Shown here piece by piece: positions 53,254 to 63,999 of a stretch of DNA of 64,000 nt. Origin of the DNA: Gammaproteobacteria bacterium (GTDB taxonomy: Bacteria; Pseudomonadota; Gammaproteobacteria; Pseudomonadales; Pseudohongiellaceae); contig JBFZEG010000161.1 of NCBI GenBank assembly GCA_041306975.1, positions 5,658 to 69,657 on the forward strand, in the 5' to 3' direction. The number at the start of each line of letters is the position of its first letter. The stretch's first letter is position 1. The translations under genes were made by a program, and so were the position numbers. Under the pieces are notes generated by a model. It did not search any database. It was given only the letters and a program-made list of their open reading frames with translations, and had not been told where the DNA came from.

Positions 53254-54696
53254 ATGGATTCCACACCAATGAATTCCAGACATACGAGCAAACAGATGAT
53301 TAACACCTGGCCAGACCTGCCTGCGCTGACAATCGCCCTGATCATATCTGTGGCACTGCCGTTCCAGGGCAAAAGCCATGCCCAGGAATCAGAGCTACAG
53401 CAAGAACGGGAGCCGGGCATGGAACAAACATTGCCGGCACAACAGGAAGCGCCAACTACCCGACCTTTGCCGATTGATGAAGTTCGCTTGTTTGCTGAAG
53501 CACTGGAGTCGATACGCAGTGCTTATGTTCAGGAAATTGACGACCAGACACTGATCAATTACGCCATCCGCGGCATGCTGGCCGGACTGGACCCTCACTC
53601 CGCTTATCTGAGCGCTGATGATTACGACGTATTGCAACAGAACACCGAAGGCGGCTTTGGCGGCCTGGGTATCGAAGTGGGGGAGGAAGACGGATACATC
53701 AAAGTTGTCACTCCGATTGATGACTCACCCGCCGCACGGGCCGGCATTATGCCCGGTGACCTGATTGTGGAAATCAACGGTCGCCCCGTGCGTGATATGT
53801 TGGTCAACGATGCTGTTGAACAATTGCGCGGCGAACCCGGCAGCACCGTCCGCATTACGCTGATGCGTGAAAACGAACCTGAACCCATTGACCTGACGCT
53901 GACGCGCGAGGTGATCGCTGCGTCCAGTGTTCGTCACAACATGCTTGAACCCGGTTATGCATATCTGAGGATCGCGCAGTTCCGGGTGAATACCGGTGAA
54001 GAAACTCTCAAAGCACTCGCTGAAATCAAGGCCGACAATGGTCCGCTGAAGGGCCTGATACTTGATCTGCGCAACAATCCCGGTGGAGTTCTCCAAGCTT
54101 CGGTCGACGTTGCAGACGCGTTTCTCACAGAAGGACAAATCGTTTATACCGATGGCCGTTTTGCAGATTCTGACAGCAACTTCTACGCAACACCTGAAGA
54201 CCCCAGCGAGGGTGTTCCGCTGGTGGTGCTGATCAATACCGGCTCCGCCTCGGCGGCTGAAATTGTAGCGGGTGCGCTGCAAGATCATGGTCGGGCGGTC
54301 ATCATGGGCACCCGCAGTTTTGGCAAAGGATCAGTGCAAACAGTATTGCCACTGAACAATGAGCGCGCCATCAAACTGACTACGTCCTTGTACTTCACGC
54401 CGGATGGCCGCTCAATACAAGCGTTTGGAATTGAGCCGGATATTATGGTAGACGAGGCACTAGTGACACGTGTCACTAATAGAAGAGGTGTGTACTCCGA
54501 GCGTGATCTTGATGGACACCTGCCCGGCATTAACGAAGTGAGCGCAGAAGAAGAAAACGCAGCACCCACCGTGAATACCATGACTTCTGCAGAACAGGTT
54601 GTGGTCAGTGACTACCAGCTCAACGAGGCCTTGAACCTGCTCAAAGGCTGGAACATAATGGAAAGTGGTCGTCAAAGGACCCAGGATTCACCGTGA
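53254..54696 (+). CDS. ctpA: Carboxy-terminal processing protease (S41)
   Basis: LDPHS, PDZ, DLRNNPGG, SASAAEIVAGALQD, FGKGSVQ; start uncertain. Confidence 0.9.
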   Translation: MDSTPMNSRHTSKQMINTWPDLPALTIALIISVALPFQGKSHAQESELQQEREPGMEQTLPAQQEAPTTRPLPIDEVRLFAEALESIRSAYVQEIDDQTLINYAIRGMLAGLDPHSAYLSADDYDVLQQNTEGGFGGLGIEVGEEDGYIKVVTPIDDSPAARAGIMPGDLIVEINGRPVRDMLVNDAVEQLRGEPGSTVRITLMRENEPEPIDLTLTREVIAASSVRHNMLEPGYAYLRIAQFRVNTGEETLKALAEIKADNGPLKGLILDLRNNPGGVLQASVDVADAFLTEGQIVYTDGRFADSDSNFYATPEDPSEGVPLVVLINTGSASAAEIVAGALQDHGRAVIMGTRSFGKGSVQTVLPLNNERAIKLTTSLYFTPDGRSIQAFGIEPDIMVDEALVTRVTNRRGVYSERDLDGHLPGINEVSAEEENAAPTVNTMTSAEQVVVSDYQLNEALNLLKGWNIMESGRQRTQDSP

Positions 54697-55859
54697 CACC
54701 CGCAAGTCCGCAGAAAAACAGCATTGACCGCAAGGGCAAAAAGGCGCCCGACAGAGTCAGCTCACCCGTGACAAAATCCTGGCTGGCATCAATCACAGCA
54801 CCCGGCACCTTGAACTTGGTGCTGGCAGGCGTTGTGCTGGTCATGCTGGTGCTGCTGCTAAGCACCGACAGCGAGTCTGAACCTACGGTGCTGATTGCCA
54901 CTGAAACCATCACTACCACTGATGAGCCTCTGGCGCCGCCAGCAGAGCCTTTGGCACCAGCAGAGCCTGTGGCAACACAAGAACCCGCGGCACAAGCAGA
55001 GCCTGTGGCACCAGCAGAGCCCGTGGCACCAGCTGAGCCCGCAGCAACAACAGAACCCTTGGCAGAAACAGTTTCGTCAACCGTCAACAGCTCTGAACCA
55101 CCAGCACTGACTGATTTTCAGGATGAGCCGGCTGCGTCTTTGCCAGCCACCGCCAAACTGGTACTTATTCTTGATGATATCGGATACAGCGTAGAGGCTG
55201 GTTTGCGCGCTATTGATCTGCCGGCACTCATCACCTTTGCGGTGATTCCGCATACGCCGCATGGCAAAGCGCTGGCCGAAGCTGCGCATCTGGCGGGGCG
55301 CGAGTTAATGCTGCATGCGCCAATGAGCAATCTTTCGGGCATGGAACTGGGTGAAGGCGGCTTGACTCTGCAACAAAGCGAAGAAGAGTTCCTGCAGGTG
55401 CTGACCGCGGCGCTTGCGGATATTCCCTACATCAAAGGAGTCAATAATCATACCGGTAGCGAACTGACGGCAGCCTCTCAGCCCATGCAATGGGTGATGC
55501 AGGAACTCAAGAAACGCGACCTTTATTTTGTTGACAGCATGACCACTCGAGACAGTGTTGCCGGCGCAACGGCCGCGCAGTTCATGGTGCCATCACTCCG
55601 ACGACATATATTTCTCGATAACATTCAGACAGCAGAAGCCATTGATACTGAGTTCAAGCGCGCGCTTGCATTGGCACAAGCGCAGGGTTACGCAGTGGCG
55701 ATAGGACATCCCTACCCTGAAACCTTGGCTTACCTCGAAACTGCTCTACCACTGCTGGCGGCATCTCAGGTAGACATTGTGCCCGTGTCAGTGATGCTGG
55801 AACAATTGCAGGTTGCCGGGCAAAGCAGTGAGAACGCTGCCCCTACAGCCGCATGGTGA
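54693..55859 (+). CDS. Divergent polysaccharide deacetylase (YibQ family)
   Basis: [31 protein letters not shown]; TM anchor and Pro/Ala/Glu linker. Confidence 0.88.
   Translation: MTPASPQKNSIDRKGKKAPDRVSSPVTKSWLASITAPGTLNLVLAGVVLVMLVLLLSTDSESEPTVLIATETITTTDEPLAPPAEPLAPAEPVATQEPAAQAEPVAPAEPVAPAEPAATTEPLAETVSSTVNSSEPPALTDFQDEPAASLPATAKLVLILDDIGYSVEAGLRAIDLPALITFAVIPHTPHGKALAEAAHLAGRELMLHAPMSNLSGMELGEGGLTLQQSEEEFLQVLTAALADIPYIKGVNNHTGSELTAASQPMQWVMQELKKRDLYFVDSMTTRDSVAGATAAQFMVPSLRRHIFLDNIQTAEAIDTEFKRALALAQAQGYAVAIGHPYPETLAYLETALPLLAASQVDIVPVSVMLEQLQVAGQSSENAAPTAAW
54942..55067 (+). repeat. In-frame 18-bp tandem repeat (7 imperfect units, AEPVAP-like)
   Basis: gcagagcctgtggcacca-like units at 18-bp period. 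Confidence 0.85.
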
Positions 55860-56616
55860 TACCGCGCTCAGCCATGTATTGTTTGGCCTGCGGTATGCTG
55901 TACTCACCAAAATGAAAAATGCTGGCGGCCAGCACGGCATCCGCGCCGCCCTGTAAAACGCCATCAACCAGATGTTGCAGATTGCCCACGCCGCCGGATG
56001 CTATCACCGGCACATCAACTGCATCGCTGATAGCCCTGTTGAGCGCGAGGTCAAATCCGATTTTGGTGCCATCTCTGTCCATGCTGGTCAGCAGAATCTC
56101 ACCAGCCCCGTAACTTACCATTCTTTTTGCCCATGCAATGGCATCCAGCCCGGTGGCTTTACGCCCACCGTGGGTGAAGATCTCCCAGCGCGCGGGTTCG
56201 CCCTCGGCACTGACTTTTTTTGCATCGACTGCGACAACAATACACTGTGATCCGAACTTCTCTGCCGCCTGACGCACAAACTCAGGGTTGGTCACTGCGG
56301 CGGTATTGATAGACACTTTGTCGGCCCCCGCATTGAGCATGGTGCGGATATCCTCCAGTGTGCGGATGCCACCACCGACTGTCAGCGGAATAAATACCTG
56401 TGAAGCGATGGCCTCAACTGTTTTAACGGTTGTTTCACGGCCTTCATGAGAGGCGGTGATATCCAGAAAGGTGATTTCATCAGCACCGGCATCGCTGTAA
56501 CGACGGGCGATTTCGACCGGATCGCCGGCATCACGGATATCCAGAAACTTCACTCCCTTGACAACACGCCCCTTGTCGCAATCCAGACAGGGAATTATTC
56601 GTTTTGCCAGTGCCAT
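55843..56616 (-). CDS. hisF: Imidazole glycerol phosphate synthase cyclase subunit
   Basis: [20 protein letters not shown]. Confidence 0.97.
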   Translation of the reverse strand: MALAKRIIPCLDCDKGRVVKGVKFLDIRDAGDPVEIARRYSDAGADEITFLDITASHEGRETTVKTVEAIASQVFIPLTVGGGIRTLEDIRTMLNAGADKVSINTAAVTNPEFVRQAAEKFGSQCIVVAVDAKKVSAEGEPARWEIFTHGGRKATGLDAIAWAKRMVSYGAGEILLTSMDRDGTKIGFDLALNRAISDAVDVPVIASGGVGNLQHLVDGVLQGGADAVLAASIFHFGEYSIPQAKQYMAERGITMRL

Positions 56617-56631
56617 GCTTTTCCCCGTAAA

Positions 56632-57378
56632 TTATTGAAATTGATCGCAGACCTGTTGTGCAGCGGCCAGGTCGAGTGCACCTTCATAAATGGCGCGACC
56701 GGTAATCGCACCCATGATGCCCGCACCGGTATCCGTGCGCGCCAGTTTCAGCAGCTCTTGAATGTCTTCCATACGGCTGACACCACCCGACGCAATGACC
56801 GGAATACTCGACGCCCGAGCCAGACGCAAGGTCGCTTCCAGATTGATCCCCTGCATCATGCCGTCGCGGGCGATATCGGTATAAATTATCGCCTCCACAC
56901 CGTCATCTGCAAACTGACGCGCCAGATCAACCACATTGACGGTAGACACTTCCGCCCAGCCATCAGTGGCAACCCAACCATCTTTGGCATCAAGTCCGAC
57001 GATAATTCTGCCTGGAAACGCTTTGCAAGCTTCAGCAACAAACGGCGGATGACGCACGGCCTGAGTACCGATAATGACGTAACTGACGCCAACATTCAGG
57101 TAAGACTCAATGGTTTTTAAATCGCGGATACCGCCGCCAATCTGCAGCGGCAAATCCGGATACGCGCGGGCAATGGCTTCTACAATCGCCCCATTAACCG
57201 GCTCTCCGGCAAATGCGCCGTTCAGATCAACCAGATGCAAACGTCGTGCACCTTGGGCCCGCCAATGACCTGCGGTTTTGACCGGATCGTCGGAGAATAC
57301 AGTGGAGTCTTCCATCCGCCCCTGGCGCAAGCGCACACACTGGCCGTCCTTCAGATCAATTGCGGGAATTACCAGCAT
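56632..57378 (-). CDS. hisA: ProFAR isomerase
   Basis: [21 protein letters not shown]. Confidence 0.96.
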   Translation of the reverse strand: MLVIPAIDLKDGQCVRLRQGRMEDSTVFSDDPVKTAGHWRAQGARRLHLVDLNGAFAGEPVNGAIVEAIARAYPDLPLQIGGGIRDLKTIESYLNVGVSYVIIGTQAVRHPPFVAEACKAFPGRIIVGLDAKDGWVATDGWAEVSTVNVVDLARQFADDGVEAIIYTDIARDGMMQGINLEATLRLARASSIPVIASGGVSRMEDIQELLKLARTDTGAGIMGAITGRAIYEGALDLAAAQQVCDQFQ

Positions 57379-57408
57379 TGTTGTTCCTTAAAAATCGTTA
57401 AAACCGGA

Positions 57409-58062
57409 TCAGCACCGTCCATCCCAGCCCAGAAAATTGCGCAGCAGTTGCAAACCGCAGTGCTGACTTTTCTCCGGATGAAACTGAACAGCAAACAGCG
57501 AGTTTTTTGACAGGGCGGCAGCAAACCGATGACCATATTCCGTCTCAGCGGCTAACACATCATTGTCAGCCGGCGCCACAAAGTAGCTGTGTACAAAATA
57601 GAAACGACTAGCATCATCGATACCCTGCCACAGCGGATGGGGTTGGGTTTGATAAACATTGTTCCAACCCATATGGGGCACTTTCAGGCGCTGGCCGGTT
57701 TCATCCAGCAGCGTGGCGCTGCCGCCAAAACGCTTGACAGTGCCTGGCAGCAAACCAAGGCATGGCACATGGCCATTTTCCTCACTGGACTGCATCAGCG
57801 CCTGCATGCCCACACAGATCGCCAACACGGGTTTTCCGCATGCAATGGCGTCGCGCACGATAACATCAATGCCCAGTCTGAGAATCTCTGACATGCAGTC
57901 GCGGATAGCACCAACACCGGGAAATACAATTCGGTCGGCGCTGAGGATGCGACTGGCATCACTGGTGATGTCCACCTGCACATCAGAGCCAAGACTCTCA
58001 AGTGCCTTTGACACAGAATGCAGATTGCCCATTCCATAATCAATGACTGCAACTCTATTCAT
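57409..58062 (-). CDS. hisH: Imidazole glycerol phosphate synthase glutaminase subunit
   Basis: DYGMGNL, PGVG, ICVGMQ, QFHPEKS. Confidence 0.96.
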   Translation of the reverse strand: MNRVAVIDYGMGNLHSVSKALESLGSDVQVDITSDASRILSADRIVFPGVGAIRDCMSEILRLGIDVIVRDAIACGKPVLAICVGMQALMQSSEENGHVPCLGLLPGTVKRFGGSATLLDETGQRLKVPHMGWNNVYQTQPHPLWQGIDDASRFYFVHSYFVAPADNDVLAAETEYGHRFAAALSKNSLFAVQFHPEKSQHCGLQLLRNFLGWDGRC

Positions 58063-58122
58063 GATCAGAGGATCCTGTGTTGCACCGTGCATAACATCCT
58101 GCAGGTGCAACACATCATTGTC

Positions 58123-58725
58123 TCAAAGGCTGCCTTTGGTGGACGGGATGACATTGGCGCTGCGCGGGTCAATTTCCATGGCCATCCGCAATGCCCGACC
58201 AAAGGCCTTGAACACCGTCTCGGCCTGATGGTGGGTGTTGTGACCACGCAGATTATCAATATGCAGTGTTATCAGTGCGTGGTTTACAAAACCCTGGAAA
58301 AACTCATAAAACAGGTCCACGTCAAAACCACCAACAGAGCCACGCGTATAGGGCACGTGATACTCAAGCCCGGGGCGACCGGAGAAGTCGATCACCACGC
58401 GCGACAAGGCTTCATCCAGAGGTACATAGGCATGCCCATAGCGGCGAATTCCGGTTCGATCCAGGGCCTTGTTAAAGGCCTGACCCAGAGTGATGCCCAG
58501 ATCTTCGACGGTATGGTGAGCATCAATCTCAAGATCGCCCTTGGCAAGAATATCCATATCAATCAATCCATGACGGGCAACCTGATCAAGCATGTGATCC
58601 AGAAAAGGCACCCCGGTCTGGCATTTCAAAATGCCGGTGCCGTCAAGATTGACGCTGACGCGTATCTGCGTTTCTTTGGTATTTCGCTCTACGGTAGCCT
58701 GACGATTTGATGGCTGCTCTGTCAT
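58123..58725 (-). CDS. hisB: Imidazoleglycerol-phosphate dehydratase
   Basis: [21 protein letters not shown]. Confidence 0.96.
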   Translation of the reverse strand: MTEQPSNRQATVERNTKETQIRVSVNLDGTGILKCQTGVPFLDHMLDQVARHGLIDMDILAKGDLEIDAHHTVEDLGITLGQAFNKALDRTGIRRYGHAYVPLDEALSRVVIDFSGRPGLEYHVPYTRGSVGGFDVDLFYEFFQGFVNHALITLHIDNLRGHNTHHQAETVFKAFGRALRMAMEIDPRSANVIPSTKGSL

Positions 58726-58811
58726 TAAAATGATCCTGATTGGTGGTACTTGAGGCTGGCTGCGTGCCGGCATTATACGCCTGCATTGCTGTTATCGGCC
58801 AGCCTGTCGCG

Positions 58812-59807
58812 TCACTGAGGATCTCGTCGGAACTGCAGGGGAGGCACTGAAGCCTCTTCCTCTTCACTTAAGGACTGTGTTTGGGTGGCCTGCGCCGCTG
58901 CTATTGTCTCGAGGTACTGATTGCGCTGCAGAACAATCAACGCCGAAATCTGCTCCCGTAATGCGACCAATTCACGCAGTGTTGGCGTTGTTTCCAGCAG
59001 TCCACGCTGAGCTGAACCCACCTGCTCGATCGCACGGACTATGCCAGCTGATGAGGATCGCGCGTCCTGAATCATCGCAGACATCTCTTCGGATACATTG
59101 GCCTGCCAAACATTTAACGCGCTATCCATTTCAGTCGAGGATGATGCCAGTTGCAACTCTACCGCCTGTAAACCCTGCGCCAATGTATCTGACTGAGTTT
59201 CCGCAATGAGCATCAACTGTTCCGTGGAACTACTCAATGCCGAGATGGACTGATTCAGCTGTTCAAATGTGACCAGACCACTGTTTACCTCTGACAATCG
59301 CCTGGCGAGTGAAATGGATAACGTGTTCATCTGGTTGACTTGCGAAGTGTAGTTGAACCCGGCCACAAACATCATCGTCAGCGTCAGAAATATCGCCGCC
59401 AAGCTCCCGAGTAAGGTCATCTGAATGAGCTTGTTCTTCTTGGCTACCAGCAGCTCATAACGATTGATGGTTACATCAACAGTTTTAACACGCTGGTTCA
59501 TCTCTCCTATCAGGCCCTGAAACTTATCACCAAGCACCACAAGGTTTTCAGACATGCCGAGCACGCCAGGCACCAGCGTTTTAAGGTAAGCATCAATCTC
59601 AGACAGATCTATTTCGTGAACCTTGGCACTCTGTTGCTCCGCGCCTTTTGCCGCGACCTGCTCGCTGGCAGCAAGCCCAGCTGCGTCCTGTAATGCAATG
59701 CCAGATTCGCCTAGCTTATTTTCCGCGCCCCCGGGACCTGGGTCAGTCTGCGCCGCTTCGGCTGTCAAATCGCCTGCAAGATCTTTAGTTTGATTTTTGT
59801 CTGACAT
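58812..59807 (-). CDS. Hypothetical single-TM coiled-coil protein
   Basis: 331-aa ORF, one hydrophobic segment, heptad-rich; no family recognised. Confidence 0.7.
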   Translation of the reverse strand: MSDKNQTKDLAGDLTAEAAQTDPGPGGAENKLGESGIALQDAAGLAASEQVAAKGAEQQSAKVHEIDLSEIDAYLKTLVPGVLGMSENLVVLGDKFQGLIGEMNQRVKTVDVTINRYELLVAKKNKLIQMTLLGSLAAIFLTLTMMFVAGFNYTSQVNQMNTLSISLARRLSEVNSGLVTFEQLNQSISALSSSTEQLMLIAETQSDTLAQGLQAVELQLASSSTEMDSALNVWQANVSEEMSAMIQDARSSSAGIVRAIEQVGSAQRGLLETTPTLRELVALREQISALIVLQRNQYLETIAAAQATQTQSLSEEEEASVPPLQFRRDPQ

Positions 59808-59810
59808 ACA

Positions 59811-60101
59811 TTAACTCTCGGTATGATTTTTTTCATTGAGCTTGCGCACGCCGACATCAAGCCGGGCAAGTCTTTTTGAAATATCTCGAATGAACGCTGC
59901 GTCGGGCTTAAGCACACGCACTCTTATGTTACCGCCCTCGTAACAACTGGTGTCCTTAACAACCGGAACGGGCTCAGGACTCGGCTCCCTGACAGTCGCA
60001 GCGATAGGTTCTCCGATGGGAGGATCAACATCACGGGCTAAAAAATTGCCCTTGCGATTAAACACTTTGTTACCAAACACAGCGCCTCCTGAAGCACGCA
60101 A
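59811..60101 (-). CDS. Hypothetical protein (about 96 aa)
   Basis: Ends 3 nt before the next gene in the same orientation; TTG start uncertain. Confidence 0.45.
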   Translation of the reverse strand: MRASGGAVFGNKVFNRKGNFLARDVDPPIGEPIAATVREPSPEPVPVVKDTSCYEGGNIRVRVLKPDAAFIRDISKRLARLDVGVRKLNEKNHTES

Positions 60102-60122
60102 AGATTGTTACTTGCAGTAAAA

Positions 60123-60150
60123 ATGTCGGCAGTTGCATAGAAATTCTTTA
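60123..60150 (-). promoter_or_regulatory. Possible sigma28 (FliA) promoter
   Basis: TAAA-16 nt-GCCGACAT vs consensus TAAA-N15-GCCGATAA; spacing one longer than ideal. Confidence 0.35.
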
Positions 60151-60242
60151 TACTGCCTCAACGTATACATCCATCTATGAGTTCAAACATCGCTCGCTGC
60201 CTGTTAGTAAACCGCTACCATCGTTTATTGGAGCAAACAATC

Positions 60243-60962
60243 ATGCCAATCCAATTCAGCACAGTTTTTTTTACCGCATTTTTTTTATGCACAAGCGCAC
60301 AAGTGCATGCTCAACAGGAAAATTTTGAAGCGGGATTGGCAGCTAAAGATCGTGGCCATTATGCAACGGCTATTCGCGCTTGGCGACCGCTCGCTGAACA
60401 GGGTATTGCTGAAGCGCAAAACAATTTGGGGCATATGTACGAGGAAGGCCTAGGCGTTAGTCAGGATTATACTGAGGCAATGCGATGGTATCGATTAGCA
60501 GCAAATTCTGAACTGCCGCAAGCTCAATACAACATCGGCCTTCTGTACTACTTTGGTTATGGCGTATCGCAGAATCCACGAGAGGCACTTCGCTGGTTCC
60601 GACTGGCGGCCGCTAAGGATCTCAGTGACGCCCAGTACATGATGGGGCGGGTATTCCATCAAACAGAGGGCTTTGAGCCAGACATGAATGAAGCGTTGAA
60701 TTGGTACTCGATGGCAGCAAGAGGCGGCCACCCCGAGGCGCAGTTTATGTACGCATTCATGCTGCAGGCGGGCGAGGGCGCAGACGCTGGAGAGCCCTAT
60801 CGTGCCTATGTGTGGAGCAAGCTGGCGGAGCATAACGGCATGATATCAGCCCAGGATATCTATAATATCTCTGCACTGACGCTCAGCGACCGTGAAATTG
60901 CCGAGGCCGAACTGCAAGCGCAGACCTGCATAAACTCAGACTACGAGAGTTGTGTTGACTAG
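60243..60962 (+). CDS. Exported Sel1-repeat protein
   Basis: Signal peptide; repeated AQ.NLG.MY..G.GV.QD..EA..WY..AA units. Confidence 0.9.
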   Translation: MPIQFSTVFFTAFFLCTSAQVHAQQENFEAGLAAKDRGHYATAIRAWRPLAEQGIAEAQNNLGHMYEEGLGVSQDYTEAMRWYRLAANSELPQAQYNIGLLYYFGYGVSQNPREALRWFRLAAAKDLSDAQYMMGRVFHQTEGFEPDMNEALNWYSMAARGGHPEAQFMYAFMLQAGEGADAGEPYRAYVWSKLAEHNGMISAQDIYNISALTLSDREIAEAELQAQTCINSDYESCVD

Positions 60963-60971
60963 CGTGTACCG

Positions 60972-62144
60972 CTACTGTGCGTTAACGATAATTTCAATGC
61001 GCCGGTTTTGAGCGCGACCAACAGCGCTGTCATTTGAAGCGACAGGTCTGGTTTCTGCAAACGCAGTAACAGACACCTGACCTGACTCCAGCGCGGAACC
61101 ACTGAGCAGATAATCTGCAACAGCCGCAGCCCTTGCAGACGACAAGTCCCAGTTGGTCCGATAACGCCCTCCTGAAACCAAATTGACATTGTCAGTATGG
61201 CCTTCAACCGATATTGCCCCGGTGCTCCCTGCTAACGACGCACCAACACTATCAAGCAATGACAGAAAATTGGGTTGCAGCTCAGCATTACCGCTGGCAA
61301 AAGAACCCTGTTCAGCCAATCGTATGATGATGTTATCGCCGTCCCTCGAAACATCAGCCAATCCAGCCCGGATTTCGTTGGAGAGGTTAGCTCTTATCAT
61401 TTCATACTGACTGTCTGCTAACGAATTGGATTGGGAAGATGTCTCTTGCTCACTGTCAGACTCAGCTTGACCCTGATCAACATTGTTGGCTGACATCACC
61501 TCAATATCAGCCGTTGTTTGGTCAGAAGCCTCAACAACGGCCGCAAAAATCTCCAGAAGCTCTGCACTGATCTGACCTGTTGCCGTCTGGTTATTCGTCG
61601 AGTTATCAACTTCCAATGACCCGGGATCAAGCAGATTCACCGTGACACGCTGCTCAGTCACACTCACTGAAACCTTACCCTGCGCAATCTGATCTTCAAG
61701 CGCCTTCTCGAGCATCTCTACCGCATCATTTGTGCTGGAATCTGCGGGTGCCACATCTTCATTTAATTCTGGGTCAATCGGCTGAGGATCATCTGTTCGT
61801 TGCTCCTCGATTGTCTGCAAGGGCGTGGGTTCCACCTGAGCCGTCATGTATTGTGTTGCGATCAGATTCCTGGCCTCAGGAGGCTCGATGACCGGTATCA
61901 ATGTCTGCACACCAAAGGCCATTTTCATCGATCCGCTGACGTTCTTGAATTTGGGCACGTTCAAATGTGCAAACGATAAAATCAGCACAAAAAATGCCAT
62001 CAGTAACGTTGCCATATCTGCGAACGTCGCCATCCACGCGGGCGCACCTGCCTTGCAGGGGGGGCAATCTTCAGGCGGATCATCCGAAGAGGCCTTTTTG
62101 GGCCGTGCTAACTTAATCTCTTCAATGTCGTCGATTTCAGCCAT
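60972..62144 (-). CDS. motB: Flagellar stator B subunit (PomB/MotB type), paralog 2
   Basis: WMATFADMATLLMAFF TM with conserved Asp; OmpA-like VEGHTD..NWDLS..NRRIEI. Confidence 0.9.
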   Translation of the reverse strand: MAEIDDIEEIKLARPKKASSDDPPEDCPPCKAGAPAWMATFADMATLLMAFFVLILSFAHLNVPKFKNVSGSMKMAFGVQTLIPVIEPPEARNLIATQYMTAQVEPTPLQTIEEQRTDDPQPIDPELNEDVAPADSSTNDAVEMLEKALEDQIAQGKVSVSVTEQRVTVNLLDPGSLEVDNSTNNQTATGQISAELLEIFAAVVEASDQTTADIEVMSANNVDQGQAESDSEQETSSQSNSLADSQYEMIRANLSNEIRAGLADVSRDGDNIIIRLAEQGSFASGNAELQPNFLSLLDSVGASLAGSTGAISVEGHTDNVNLVSGGRYRTNWDLSSARAAAVADYLLSGSALESGQVSVTAFAETRPVASNDSAVGRAQNRRIEIIVNAQ

Positions 62145-62147
62145 ACA

Positions 62148-63374
62148 TTAATTGCCATCCACGATTATTTCGATCCGACGGTTTCGCGCACGCCCTTCCG
62201 CCGATGTATTTGGCTCAAGAGGGACAGTATCTGCGAGTCCTTTAACACTTAATCGTTGCGCTGAAATTGATGTAGTCAGATTCAGATAGGCAGCGACTGA
62301 GGCGGCTCTGACAGCCGACAAATCCCAATTCGACGTGAATCTGTCACTGAATACAACTGGCACGTTGTCAGTGTGGCCCTCTACACGAATCACACCACTG
62401 ATGTCAGCGATGGATGCACCAACCTGGCTAAGTAAGGGCATAAAATCCGGTCGCAGATCCGCGCTGCCAGACAAAAACGAGTTCTGACTGGCCAGTCGAA
62501 TGACAATCATATTGTTAACCATTTCAACTTCAACCAAACCTTGCTGAATCTCGGAACTTAAATCTGACCTGACTTGCTCCAGGCGTTCCGTCACTTCAGC
62601 GGCTGAATTCTGCGGAGCAGTGCTAAGCTCACTGTCGGTGTTCGGCTGGGAAGGGCTTGCGGCAACTACTTGCAGCTCGCGACTCACCTGTAGCTGGGCC
62701 TCAGCAACTGCCGCTGATAGCTCTACAAGGCGCTGACTTACCTGCCCTGCGCGAGCAGAATCATCAGAACTGCCCGATGGACTCTCGGTGTTATTGGCCG
62801 CAATCTGCACAACTATGGCATCTTCATCAATGAGAACCTCGATCTCGCCCGATTCGATGGCCTCCGCCAGAGCGGCCTGCACCCGCCGAAATTCTTCCTC
62901 AATCTCGAAATCCTCGCTGGCGTCATTATCCCGCACCACCAGGTTTTCAGCATTTATGTTCTCCCCGAACTGCGTCTGCTGATCAACGACTGTGCGCTGC
63001 GCCACGGCCGGCGTAAAGGTCTCCACCACGAGACTTCTGGCTGCGGGAATCTGAATTGTCGGAACGATTTTGCGCACGCCGAATGCCGCCTGAATGGAGC
63101 CACTCAGCTGTTCAAACTTGGGCAATTCGGTATCCGAGAAGGACAATAAAAGCACAAAAAAAGCCATCAGCAAGGTAGCCATGTCCGCGAAGGTCGCCAT
63201 CCACGCCGGTGCACCTGATTTACATTGCGGGCAGTCTGGCCCCTCAGGTTCTTCATCGTCACCCGCGCCCACAGGCCTTATAACAGGCCGCTCCTCAACA
63301 TCAGCCTCAGGCAAGGATGCCTGCTCCAGCGCAGCTGAATTGACTATGGACTCGTCCACATTGCTCATTGACAT
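62148..63374 (-). CDS. motB: Flagellar stator B subunit (PomB/MotB type), paralog 1
   Basis: Same TM motif WMATFADMATLLMAFF; OmpA-like C-domain. Confidence 0.9.
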   Translation of the reverse strand: MSMSNVDESIVNSAALEQASLPEADVEERPVIRPVGAGDDEEPEGPDCPQCKSGAPAWMATFADMATLLMAFFVLLLSFSDTELPKFEQLSGSIQAAFGVRKIVPTIQIPAARSLVVETFTPAVAQRTVVDQQTQFGENINAENLVVRDNDASEDFEIEEEFRRVQAALAEAIESGEIEVLIDEDAIVVQIAANNTESPSGSSDDSARAGQVSQRLVELSAAVAEAQLQVSRELQVVAASPSQPNTDSELSTAPQNSAAEVTERLEQVRSDLSSEIQQGLVEVEMVNNMIVIRLASQNSFLSGSADLRPDFMPLLSQVGASIADISGVIRVEGHTDNVPVVFSDRFTSNWDLSAVRAASVAAYLNLTTSISAQRLSVKGLADTVPLEPNTSAEGRARNRRIEIIVDGN

Positions 63375-63393
63375 TGTCCTCTATCAGACAACA

Positions 63394-63999
63394 CTAACCT
63401 GCACCCACCTGCAATTTGCTGCGAGCCTTGGGCGAGAGAAATGACGACAGTAAGTCAGAAAGTATGCGCGGATTACCCCCTCCCTGGATAAACAAAACAC
63501 CTTCAATGATCAGCTCGCAGTTTGCAGTCTCCAGTTCGGACTGATTTCGCAGTTTCTGAGAAACTGGCAAACAGATCACATTAGCCAAGATGGCTCCATA
63601 CATGGTGGTCAGCAACGCAACCGCCATTGCCGGCCCGATCGATTTCGGGTCAGACATATTGCCCAACATCAGTACCAGACCGACCAACGTGCCGATCATA
63701 CCCATTGCGGGGGCGACCTCCCCCCATGAAGCAAAGATATCGGCGCCCATACGGTGGCGCGCACGCATCGCCTGGATATCTTTGTTTAATGACTTTTTGA
63801 TTAAATCAGGGTCTGTGCCGTCCACCAGCATACCAATACCTTTTGCCAGAAAGGGATTGGGAATATCCTGCCCTTCCAGCGCAATCATGCCGTCCTTTCT
63901 GGCAATATCTGCCAGCTCAACCAGGCGTGATATCAGCACTTCAGGCTTATCGATTTTATTTTTAAACGTTTTGCCCAGCACTGAAATTGCGCCGATAAA
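63394..63999 (-). CDS. pomA: Flagellar stator A subunit (PomA/MotA type), 5' end outside window
   Basis: ARKDGMIALE, APAMGMIGTLVGLV, DPKSIGPAMAVALLTTMYG resemble Vibrio PomA; frame open to the window edge. Confidence 0.88.
   Translation of the reverse strand, partial: FIGAISVLGKTFKNKIDKPEVLISRLVELADIARKDGMIALEGQDIPNPFLAKGIGMLVDGTDPDLIKKSLNKDIQAMRARHRMGADIFASWGEVAPAMGMIGTLVGLVLMLGNMSDPKSIGPAMAVALLTTMYGAILANVICLPVSQKLRNQSELETANCELIIEGVLFIQGGGNPRILSDLLSSFLSPKARSKLQVGAG

Noticed and set aside
54921-55067. CRISPR-like array
   Set aside because: In-frame tandem repeats without unique spacers; no CRISPR array or cas gene was seen anywhere in the window.
60972-63999. Zorya-type (ZorAB) defence system
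   Set aside because: The A subunit has a normal PomA-like C-terminus with no long tail, the B subunits look flagellar, and no ZorC/D/E-like genes follow.
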